NCBI RefSeq assembly: GCF_000143415.4 | Contig: NW_003314381.1 | Location: 364,137-428,136, forward strand | Direction of reading: 5' to 3' | DNA: 64,000 bases | DNA from: Selaginella moellendorffii | Lineage: Eukaryota > Plantae > Lycopodiophyta | The notes under the pieces: model-generated | What the model saw: the letters and a program-made list of their open reading frames with translations, nothing else | Database searches by the model: none | Told to the model about the DNA's origin: nothing | Shown here: positions 35,563 to 46,521 of the stretch, piece after piece | Numbering within the stretch: the first letter of the stretch is position 1 | Layout: each line of letters begins with the position of its first letter | Made by a program: the position numbers and the translations under genes

Positions 35563-35635
35563 TGGAGATGCCGGGTATCGATCCCGGTACCTCTCGCATG
35601 CTAAGCGAGCGCTCTACCATCTGAGCTACGTCCCC
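35563..35635 (-). tRNA. tRNA-Ala(AGC)
   Basis: GGGGACGTAGCTCAGATGGTAGAGCG CTCGC-TT-AGC-AT-GCGAG AGGTACCGGGATCGATACCCGGCATCTCCA. Confidence 0.95.
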
Positions 35636-35739
35636 TTAACATAAAACCTTGTTAATGCGAAAGATTCTAGAAGATACCGGAAGAAACCTGAAGATTCCGA
35701 AAGAAATCTATTTAGGGCTCTGTTACTAGGTCTGGTGCT

Positions 35740-37199
35740 ATGGCGGATCGAGGGAAGAGCGAGGAGGAAGACGCTGTGCCGGTGAATGCGATGAAGGTAT
35801 CTGGGCAGCCGGATTGGCCGGGTCTCCTCAAGTGGAGCTTGTCGCGCAGCGATCCCGGCAACCAGTCGCAAGATCCGAAGAAGGAGCTCAGGTATGGCAG
35901 CGATGAAATTTGCTCTTCCTACTGCTGTCTGGATGTTCTTAATTTTCTGGCTATTGCAGTGAGGAGGATAGGAAATGGTTCATGGAAGCGATGCAAGCAA
36001 ACAGTGTGGATATTGTGAAACGTATGAAGGAGATAAGTCTCGTCTTGCAAACTCCTCGCCAGGTTTTAGAGGAGCAAGGAGTCTCGTCTCAAGACATTGA
36101 AGGTTAGTTCTTTGCCTTCTCGGATTTTCTACGCACGAAAAACTTATCGCTTTTTTCTCTTTGATTTTGAAGGTGTGCTCGAGGAGCTTCAGGATCACGT
36201 AGAATCTATCGACATGGCAAACGGTAAGCAGTTTTCCACGACCATTTGATTTTGTACCAAGAGTTGAATTGAATAGACCTGAAGGCCGTGGGAGGATTAA
36301 ATCCTCTGATCGGGCTTCTGCAAGACCAGTACGCTCCGATTCGTGCAAGAGCTGCCGAGGTTCTGAGCACGGTGGTGCAAAACAATCCAAAGAGCCAGAA
36401 CGACGTGATGGAGCACAAAGGGATGGAGGCGTTGCTCAACACCTTCAGCTCCGATCCTGACGTAAATGTGCGTGCCAAAGCACTGGGAGCGATTTCTTGT
36501 GAGTTTTTTGTTTGTCTAAGTTTGAACCGGAGCTCATATTGCGGGGTTTATGCAGCTCTAATTCGAAATAACAAACTTGGTACCAACGCGTTTCGTCTGG
36601 CAAACGGATTTGGCCAGCTCAAGGAAGCTCTGTCGTCGGATCATTCCCGGTTGCAAAGGTAAAACTTTTTAGCTGATATACATTCTCACGTCACTAATGC
36701 GTGTTGTTTCAGGAAAGCATTGCAAGTCATGCACTACTTGCTTCAAGACAATCCCAAAGACAACGTCACGGCAGCAGAGCTGGGTTTTCCACCCCTCTTG
36801 ACGAAGCTAGCACGCAGCAACGACGCGGATATCAGAGAGGAGGCCTTGCAAGCCATGGTGGACGTGTCTCACAACGACAAAGCGTCGTCACTGTCGTGGG
36901 GAAGCGACCACAAGGGCTTGAAGGATTTCCTCAATGAGCGTATGAGCAGCCTGCAGGACATGAAACCGGAGGATCTGGCCCCGATGAGAGACGAAGGCGT
37001 CTTGCTGGACACGCTTTGGAGAGATTGCTTTGGCCAGCCGTCCGTCTTGAGGCAGAAAGGACTTCTATCTCTTCCAGGCGATGACGAGCCGCCGCCAGAC
37101 GTTGCAGGGGCGATGTTCCAGCCGAGCTTACGAAACCTCGCCGCTCAGCAATCCGAGGAGAAAAAAGAGCCGGAGCCACCTCTACTGCTCAAGCTCTAG
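35740..37199 (+). CDS. FES1: Hsp70 nucleotide exchange factor Fes1/HspBP1 (ARM repeats), multi-exon
   Basis: PDWPGLLKWSL, SEEDRKWFMEAMQ, LEELQDHVESIDMAN, IRARAAEVLSTVVQNNPKSQ, KALGAIS|ALIRNNK, PPDVAGAMFQPSLR, PLLL. Confidence 0.92.
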
Positions 37200-37289
37200 T
37201 CTTTCTCCTCCGTACAGGTATGAGTTTGAATGACTGGGTTATTGTTTCTGAAAGTCTTGATAAACATCAGGTGCTGGGAGATAGAAAAG

Positions 37290-39000
37290 CAACTTTTCTC
37301 CCGACACGACTTTTGGAGCGGTCGTCTGCATGGAATGGTTCAGGTCGACTGGAGCCTAGAGTCTCATGATCATAAACTAAGGTACATTCGAGTCAGACGA
37401 CTTTTCTTTTGCTGTAGTCTTCCGCTTTTTTCAATGAACAGAGGTCTAGAAGCAGGCCAAGTATTTGTTTGACGGCGAGAAAAACGCGATGTCGTTGACA
37501 AACTCAAAAGAGGCATTGTCAGGAAAAAAAATATCCCCGTCAAGTGAGCATCGAAAAAAGTCAAAGCATAGCCTCGACAAAGAGTTGAACCTGGCGAGTT
37601 CCTTTCACACGTAGTCAAACGCAGTAATATGGTGGGATGTATAATAACTCATGTTAACTAGTTGAGAAACCATGGAAATGGCTTTGTACGGATGGGCGTG
37701 TGAGAGACGAGGACACCGGTTCGGCATGGACTAGCGAAGTTTTGAAGCAGATGGAAGTCTTAGCGGATTGTCAGCAGAGTAAGTGTCGTGTAAGTCTGAG
37801 TTCATGGCCAGCGATATTGGCAGCAACCTCTTTCTCAACGAGCCATTTGACAACGAAGAGTTCACTTCCTGGCTATCCGTAGCTATAACTCCAAAGAACT
37901 AGGCATCAACGATCTCATATTCTACACTGGTCGAGTTTGTTCGCTATGGAAAGGTAATGTATATTACAGACATGACACCGTTTTTTTTATGATTTTGTTG
38001 AGCGTGTGAGGTTCACGCTGTTGAGAAGGTTCTGGACTGCTCCCTCCTGACACGAGCAACAAGACTTTTCTGGAGAATCGCCCACGGATCTTGATGGCCG
38101 AAAAGCGGAGCCAAGCTGGCCGTGAGAAAGACATACAGGAGTCAATTGATGAGAACTTCTAGAGATGGAGTCGGGTTGTCAGTTGAACTCGCCTCTCAAC
38201 GCTTGGCTGGCGGAAGGCCTTGTTCGAGAGTACATTCGTCTGAAGACAGTTCCTGACTTGGAAATTTGATACTTTCAACCAGAAAGGCTTGGAAGGGGTA
38301 GCATCGGAGTTATCAGTTGGCCGAGTCACTGCAATTAGTGTTGAATCCCTTGGCTTCCACCCCGTGCTGATGAGTCTTTCAGGTTGGAATGTGAAGAAAG
38401 TCATGGATTCATACAAAAGAATGGTCCCGTCCATCCTGTACCACAAGGAGTCGAAACTTCACGTAACATCTGACATAGAAGAACATTGATAATTGTCTAG
38501 CCTTCATTGATACACTCGTTACTCGGAAGCCTTCCCAATTGTACTGGTAAGAAAAATAATAACAAAATTTATTATTAAATTTTAAATCTTCTCATATTAT
38601 AGTTGCCATCGAACGAAACTGTTCCAAACTCCATGCGCACTGAGACAACGAGTTGCAAGGAAGCAAGTGAACAAAGACAAGCTTATAGAGAAGATAATTT
38701 CTAGCAATCTGATGGATTATCCAGTAATGCATCAGACAAAAGACTCAGGAATAACAGATGTGTCAATGAAGGCTAAACACTCAGGTTGATGTTCCTTGCA
38801 ATCAGATAGTTGCAGGATATGCCATTGAAGCAAGTTCAGCCAGTCGAGCCACCTGGGATGTGATTGATGAGACCCGGCCTTGCCTTTACGTTGTCACCAA
38901 CACTGAAGGAGCCAACCTGGGAAATGAATATATGACATTGAAGACATTTGCAGACGTTGACAACTCCTTGTGGTACAGGATGAATGGGACCATTTCTTCA
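37290..39000 (+). pseudogene. Degenerate coding fragments of a multicopy family related to 45036-46521 and 47330-47620
   Basis: 38190-38245 NAWLAEGLVREYIRLK matches the reverse complement of about 45100-45165; 37300-37400 matches 47340-47490; no intact ORF. Confidence 0.55.
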
Positions 39001-41286
39001 TCGTCACTCCCTTCCACAAGTTCTATGAATCCATGACTTCTTCACATTCCAACTTAAAACGCTTATCTGGATGTCAAGGGATTTCTTGTTGGCAGTCATA
39101 ATGATGATCACCACTACTTGCAATGACGAAGCACACTCCCTTTCTCAAAAGGTCAATTGACACCTCCTCCAATGCTACACATTCCAAGCCTTGTAAATTT
39201 AGAAAGTATCAAATCTCCATGTAAGGCATATTCAGGAGCTTTGTCTCTTCCACTTTTTTGATATAGCCCGTCAGTTTGCTTTGTTTTTTCTTGTCTTTGC
39301 ATGGTATTAGAGATAGGTTAGTTCTCACTTATTGCCCACCTTGTCCTTGGAAGTGTTTGATGGAAAGGATTTCCAGTCATGGAAAGTCTTGAAAAAGGAT
39401 CTTTGGGGAGTGATCTAGAGCGATCTCAAGCCAGGAGACGATGATGCAAATCAGAAAAAGGAGTGAGAGGTGAAGAATAGCAAGGTGTTGGGGGTTCTAG
39501 GACAAGGTACTGAAGCTATTTGGATATCAACAGAATGGCGAAAGAGAATTGAGATGCTGTATGCTTGATCCTTGGCACGACCAGGAAAGCAAGATTGCTG
39601 GATCTCAAACTCCAGCTCAACAGCTGTAAGTAGAGCGAGGCAGAATCAGTGAGTCATTTTGCCAGTGCGCTTGTGGATAGATCGATGCAATCCAGATGAA
39701 GGAGTTTGATGATGATGAGATGCTCACAACCTTTTTCCAGGGATTGAATGGATCGATGCAGCTGGCAATGTCACATCAAGTTCCAGCAACACTTTTATAG
39801 AAGTCATAGTATATCTCACTGCGTTGGAGGGCTTTCTCAAGTCTAGGCAAGCAAGCTCAAAGGAGAAAGAGTTAGCACTCTTTGCTTGGAAGGGGAAACA
39901 ATCAATTATAGTGTGGGACAGATTAGGACCAAGACATGACTAAGGCGAGAGCAGTAAGAAGTTCAAGAAGAAGAAAAAGAACAATCTATGCAACATTTGC
40001 AAAGCCAGGACATGCACAGATGAGGAAGCCAAGAGAGCAAAGGAGGCAAGAAAAGCCGAGGTATAGAGAGTGGCCGGTAGGAGAAAGTCTGCCAACTTTG
40101 CTAGCATGGCAAAGGAGGATGACTGGGAAGGCAAGGGCAACTTCTTCATGGCCACAAGCACCTGGCCACTAGCTTCCAGGACGAGGCAGAGGTCATATGG
40201 CTTGATTTAGGGGCAAACATGATACACCTCTTTACATCACTTAGATCAGTTCTAGGAAACAAAAGGATTTTTCTAGGGGATGATTACTCACACAAGGTAG
40301 AAGGAGTTAGCACGGTTGACATCACAATCTACCCTGATGGAAGCTTGAGTGTACACAATGTTTACTATGTTCTTAGGGTAAATAAGACACTATTTTCAGT
40401 GGGAAAATAGTAGATTGTGATTTGGACATTATTTTCAAGAAGTAGATATGCATGATTGCAGGCTCAATAAGCACTGCAATTGTGTGTTGTATCATCTGAA
40501 TGCTAAAGTGATATAGCTAGAGTGAGCTTTTTTTGTAGGACCAAGGAAAGTAGTGGATTTCCAAATATGGCATAGACAGGAACTCCATGCAAAAGAGATG
40601 GTGAAGGTTGCTATTACTTATGTTAAGGAGATTTTAACAAGTTGTTTTTTGTCACCTTCATTGACAATTAATTATCCATCTGTACTAGAGTCTTATAGTG
40701 GATACCTTTGTTTGTGGATGTTTCACATAAGAGGAAGGACATATGCATGAATGCCTAATACATATAATTTCAAATTTAAGAGTAGAAATATATTTTACTC
40801 AAGGGTATATTATATTTTTAAATATCAATGGGAATTAAACCCCTTATGCCACATGTAACACATCCTATTTCTCTCCCCTTAAAGCCAACTGGAAAAAGAG
40901 CAATTATTTGATGAGAAAGCTCTTAATGGCTATTTTTATTCCCATTTATCCCTTAAAGTTCCAAAGATTTATGATGACAATATATCCAAATTTCATCCCA
41001 TGATTACATACACTACAACTTCTCACACATTATCAAGTCTTTCAGAAGTTCCAATACTTCAAAACCCAAAAACTAGAAAGAAATTCAAGGCCTTTAGGAG
41101 TGAGTCCACTTCACTAGAATTTGCTAAGTCTTATGATTCAATAAGAATCCAAAGGTAGTTCTCCATCCTATATCCACAATAGCAGAATAGTGTATCAAAG
41201 AAGACACTCCATGATGCAATAAGAGCTCTCTTACAAGACTCAAGTTTGCCGCAAACTTTTTACTATTACCATAGTAACTTACTTAT

Positions 41287-41985
41287 TGTAAACTTCTGAG
41301 TTTAGACTTTCTGGGAGGTCACCCAGCCCAGTACTATTTAAACCCAAAGACGCTTAACTCCAACTATCCCAAGACCCTTAACCGATTGGAAAAGGAGGTG
41401 CACTCTTGTTCATAGGCCCTTTCCCTCTATATTTGAACCCTATGGACCGTCTTAAACCCAAGGACGCTTAACTCCAACTATCCCAAGACCCTTAACCGAT
41501 TGGAAAAGGGGGTGCACTCTTGTTCATAGGCCCTTTCCCTCTATATTTGAACCCTATGGACCGTCTTTCAAGTCGTTCTCTTTGGTTTCTTACAATCCAC
41601 CACGCTTCCCTGCAAGTTCACGCCCTCGTGAACGGAAGCTGAGAGCCGCAACTCTCCCAAGAGCCCCGCTCTCTTGACACCCTAGTCGAGCCCAGTGGGA
41701 GCAAATTAGACCAGCCAGATGTCAATCAACATGTGGTGTGATTCCCTTAACCAACCAACAGAGTCAGACCTGAGACCACTCAGATACCAAATGTAAGCTC
41801 CTGAGTTTAGACTTCCCGGAAGGTCACCCAACCCAGTACTATTCAAACCTAAGGACGCTTAACTCCAACTATCCCAAGACCCTTAACCGATTGGAAAAGG
41901 GGGTGCACTCTTGTTCATGGGCCCTTTCCCTCTATATTTGAACCCTATGTACTGTCTCTCAAGTCGTTCTCTTTAGTTAGTTACA
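41287..41985 (-). mobile_element. Cassandra-type TRIM (non-autonomous LTR element with 5S rRNA-like LTRs)
   Basis: TSD CTTAT (41282-86 / 41986-90); LTRs TGTAA...TTACA at 41792-41985 and 41287-41594; PBS TGGTATCTGAG (tRNA-iMet type) about 41779-41789; purine-rich PPT next to 41595; 197-bp non-coding interior; 5S-like core at 41810-41864 and 41305-41359. Confidence 0.92.
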
Positions 41986-43146
41986 CTTATATATCTACTA
42001 GCTTACCTCAACAGTGTCAAAGAAGACACCAAATGAGGTTTAGTATGGGATAAACTTGCAAGCACAAGTTAAAAGTGTGTGTTCTTGTTGGATACACAAA
42101 CACAATGAAGAGCTACAAGCTCTTCAATTTAGAAATTCAAAAAATGATTATGAGTAAAGACATTATCTTTGATGAGTTTAGGACATATGCACATTGCCAT
42201 AGTTTTTTCTAACTTGTGATCATGCAACTTTATAGGCCACCCTTTTTTAAATCAGCACCTTTAACTAAAGCCTTTGTCCCCTCAACTTGCCAATTTTGCA
42301 TAACAAGTCATTTGACTAGCGAGCAGTGTAATATAGTTTTATACATAAGCATGAAAGTCCTTAATTAGGGCACACACAATCTAATTAGCCTAAAAACCTT
42401 AGATGATATGGCAACCAAGTGGCAACAAGGATGGTGTGGATGGCCCTAGAGTGTTAGGACAGCAAACCTATTAGGAGGCAAAGCTGTAGTAGGACCAAGG
42501 CCGTGAGCATGCTGTTAGCAAGACTAGGGCTGAAATTAGTGAGGACAGTTGAGATGTTCTGGCCATGAGCACACACTCACAAAGGCTGGATGTGAATATA
42601 GGGAGCTGAATTTACAAATAGCTAAGTGGGATTCTCTATAAGAAGCCAAGACTACTAGAGACATATCAGTGACATTGCTAATTCCTGAGACCTTCTATGA
42701 TCTAATTTCTTATTTTGTCAACTCTAGCATGGAGGAAGAAGTGGCACATAATGAGTCCCAGCTTCTACTTCTCTTTAGCCATGACCAAGATGCACTTGTT
42801 TTGAAGACCATGGAAGAAGCTCTTTCCAGACCTGATTATCAAGTTGAGTACAACTCGTTGATGCAAAACCAGACTTGGGACCTTGTGGAGCTGCCACTTA
42901 ATAGGAAAGTGATCAAAACCAAGTTCCTCTTGCAAATACATGCTACAAAGTCAGATTTGTGGCAAAAGGATTCTCACAAGTTGAAGGAGTTGATTTCTAT
43001 GAGACTTTTTCACTAGTGGTGAAGCTTGCATCAATTTGACTTCTCTACAACTTAGCAATTCATAAAAACATAGAGGTTGAGCACATGGACGTGACTATGG
43101 CATTCTTTGAATGATGATTTAGAGGAGGAAGTCTACACTGAGCAAC

Positions 43147-44520
43147 TATCAATGGCAGAAATTGTCTCTTTTTTCTAATTTTTTGCAGTTAAGAGCTTTA
43201 TGAGAAGAAAATAATAGAAGTTGAGATTTTAAAGGAATATCTGAATATTCCAAAAGAATCTGTGCAAGGTGGGAGGAAGTTAAGAAAAGTTAGGGGAAGA
43301 GAGGAGAATGACAAATGGAGCTTGGCATGAGTCGGAAAGGCAGAATAATGGAGCACAGTGTAAAGCTGATGCGGTGACATGGCATATTCAAGTGCGGCGA
43401 CATGCAAAACAAACAAGGTTATCTGGTGAGTAGCAAGTGAGTACAATATACCCACACTGTGGGCAAGAGTGGATTAACATGCTAGCTGAAGTCTTGGTTG
43501 AATTGTTAAAGGAATAAGAGCTTTTGTTCCTACGTAGCTCTTGAAGTATGAGTCCAAGGTTCTAGTTGTCATGTTTGGTGCGTCAACTGAGAGCTGCATT
43601 CATGAGCATTGAAGCTGGGCGTGGAAGGCCAAACTTCAGCCCTGGAGTGGTAGCTTGTGCATGCATGGCCAGAGACGGCAACAAGAACAAATAGAAAAAA
43701 CTGTAGAAGATATTCTTAGAAGGGAGAAATCAGAAAAATAGAAAAAAGGCAGAGAAGCAAGATTTAAGAAGCGCCAGCAAAACGATTTAGCGTTTTCTTC
43801 AGAAAAAACACCACAAAAGTTGCAGCAGATGAAGAGGAAGAGTGGGGACCTTATCAAAGTTCGCCACTACACCAACAGCAGCAATCAGTTATCGTGATGG
43901 CAACAATAACACCACCAGCAGTTACAAGCCGGATGAAATATCCATCATACACCACGTTCAGTGATCCTGATGAGGATTACAACGTTCGAAAATGTTAGCA
44001 TGGCAAATAATGAGTAGAATCTAAGGCAAAGGTTTTTTCCTGCAACATTGAAAGATGTAGCTACAGAATGGTATGCCGCAGCAGCAGCTTTTGCAGACTG
44101 GGACACCTTGAAGAATGCATTTTTAAATGCATTTCAACCTGCAGTATTTCATCAAAGAGTGAGCGACGAGCTGAGTACAATTGCCTTGCAGCCTGGAGAA
44201 ATGATACAGCGTCATGTGATGTGTTTTCAAAGACTTTTAGCCAAGAGAAAACCAACTCCAACAACAAATGATCAGGTTCGATATTTTTGGCAAGGCTTAC
44301 ATGAGAATGCAGCCTTCTATGTGCACTGTAATGAGCCAGCCGATTTGGATGCAGCTGTCAACTTGGCATCTCAATTTGAACAGGCCAGAATACCTGGAAG
44401 ATGCAAGGTTCTAATCTTGTCATGCAGCCTTTGAGTTTGGAGCAGCTAAATTCAAATCTGGCACCTGTACTTGGTAATTCTACAGCAATACATAGTCTGG
44501 TTCCTGCCACAGCATCGACA
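43147..44520 (+). mobile_element. Internally deleted Gypsy-type element (gag remnant) inserted in the Copia RT
   Basis: TSD GCAAC (43142-46 / 44521-25); termini TATCAATG...CATCGACA (decayed TGTCGATG inverted repeat); ORF 44048-44434 ATEWY..DWDTLKNAFLNAF..LQPGE..YFWQGL resembles Ty3-type capsid; excision restores the RT frame VYTEQPAGF. Confidence 0.85.
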
Positions 44521-45035
44521 GCAACCAGCCGGATTCATTGTCAAAGGACAAGAGCACTTGGTATGCAAGCTAAAGAAGGCACTTTATGGCCTGAAGCAAT
44601 CACCTTGTGCCTGGTACGCAAAGATGAACTTGTTTCTTCTTGCCCTTGGCTTCAAGAGTCTCTCTGCAGACAGTAACGTGTACATCAAGCGTGTGGGAGC
44701 TCTCTTAGTGCTACTGGCTCTGTATGTGAATGATTGCTTGCTCCTCAGCAAAAGCAAGAAGCTGATTCAACAACTCAAGAAAGATCTCAGCTCGAGATTC
44801 AAGATGGTGGACCTTGGGAGTGCTATCTCAGCATCCAGATCTTCAGAGACAGGAGGAAGGGAACAATCGAAATGTCTCAAAAGAAGTACATTGAAAATCT
44901 CCTCCAGAAATTTAAACTTACCAACGTCAACTCCAGGCAAGTGTTGCAAGCCCAACTTGAGTGGTCCAAGTTGACCATCGTGACTTTTAGCTAGTTTAGC
45001 TTTGTCTCTTCCACTTTCTTAGAGCTTGGCAATGC

Positions 45036-46521
45036 CTAAGGCGTACAACTAGCAACGGCTGGCATTCTAGAATCCTTGCTTTGTTTTTTCTCGTCTTTGC
45101 ACTTCAGACGAATGTACTCTCCAACAAGGCCTTCCGCCAGCCAAGCATTGGGGAACGAGTTTGGCTGATGATCCGAAATAAGTCTTCTGCTTGTCACCAA
45201 TTGCTTCTTGAACTCCTTTATGTTTTTCTCACGGGCCACTTGGCTCTACTTTTCGGCCATCACGATCCGTAGGCAATTCTCAGCACTGAGACGATTGGCT
45301 TGTTGCCAAAGGTCCATTCGGAGAAGATGTCAGGAGGGAGCTCTAGATTTCCAATCTCCTCCAAACTCAAGCCCAAAACTTTCTCAACAATCCATAGTTA
45401 TGTGCTCCACAAAATAATTGAAAATCCGCTAGTTTCTTCTGTAAACCACTTCCTCAAGTGCATCACCTTTGTGAACAAACTCGGCCAGGCATCGTGGTAT
45501 GAAACCAAACCAGTGTAAAATAGGGCCTAGACACAGAACCATAGAAATCAATCCAAAAACGGGGACAGTACCAAGATATTTGAATATGGCCAGGACAGCA
45601 CCATGGCCACTCTGGCGTTTTGATCGGGGCTTCAATACCTGCAGAGCATGCAGCGGCAGATCGTTGATGTCGACGTCTTTGAAGTTATAGCCGGATAGCC
45701 AGCACTTGGAGCTTTTGGATGCTGTCACAAGCCATTGCTTTTCCCAGTGTCGAGCAAAACCCAGAAGCAAAGCTTGTAAAACATATGCCAGCTTCGCCTC
45801 CGTCCAAACCAGCCGTGACAAAATGATATAAACGACCACCCCGCCTTCTTGCTCGTAAGTGTGGAGATAGCTCGCCAGGGCTGCCAAAACATACGACTTG
45901 CCCCTACCCGGATGGCCTCGGAATTGGATATAAGGTTTATTTTTGTCTTCAATTTCTTCGAGTAGTGACCGGAGCTGTGGACGGCCAACATAAGTGAAGG
46001 ATCGCGGTGGAGAGAACTTGGTGCTTGAGATGCTCGGAAGTTCGAGCTTAGTCAAGCGCGACGGATCGCAGAGCTGCATTAAGGCCTCCTCTCGGTTCAA
46101 TCGCTGCACGATTTTCTTGTGCCGCTGCCATGCCTCCGAGACAAGGGGCCGTGGCTAAAGATTTTGAAACAAGTAGGATTGGAAGCGTTATTGATAATCT
46201 TCCAGATAGTAACGTGGTGTAAATTTAAGTGCTTGCAAGATTTGTAATGCACTTGATGGCAATAGTTTGTGGAAGAACTCGTTTCAATCCTTGATTTCCT
46301 CATAGAGCCAGGATAACATTTCTGGTTCCTCCTCCTCCGCAAGAATAACACCACGCGACTCTTACCTCGTCTGTTATCTCTGCGATAACTTTCTCCGGAG
46401 CCTCAGCGTGGTCACCCTCGACCACAGTTTTCTCTACATCGTTTGCTGCCGACCGATGTCCTTCCTTTGAGGATTTCTTGGGCTTCTTCTTCTTCTTCTG
46501 TTTCCTCTCTGATTCTCCCAT
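45036..46521 (-). pseudogene. P-loop NTPase resembling Crinkler/CRN-type CR-NTPase; probably disabled
   Basis: FTYVGRPQLRSLLEEI...FRGHPGRGKSYVLAALASYL...VVYI (Walker A GxxGxGKS); upstream segment has in-frame stops; C-terminal part fragmented. Confidence 0.55.

Larger units (their letters stand above)
39238..45018 (+). mobile_element. Decayed Ty1/Copia retrotransposon with two nested insertions; outer LTR limits uncertain
   Basis: PBS TGGTATTAGAG 39302-39312 after CA; gag VFDGKDFQSWK; protease WLDLGA..IFLGDD..VHNVYYV; integrase remnants about 41080-41200; RT EYNSLMQNQTWDLVELP, KVRFVAKGFSQVEGVDF, VCKLKKALYGLKQSP, LYVND; LTR remnant GCTTTGTCTCTTCCACTTT at about 39238 and 44999; many stops and frameshifts. 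Confidence 0.85.

Noticed and set aside
41305-41864. Genuine 5S rRNA gene array
   Set aside because: Only the internal ~55 nt resemble 5S, and they lie within LTRs bounded by TSD, PBS and PPT.
41339-41960. CRISPR-like or satellite repeat array
   Set aside because: The three copies are explained by two LTRs plus one internal duplication; there are no spacers and the context is eukaryotic.
43147-44990. Novel chimeric retroelement with Gypsy gag and Copia RT
   Set aside because: The GCAAC target duplication and restored RT frame show it is a nested insertion.
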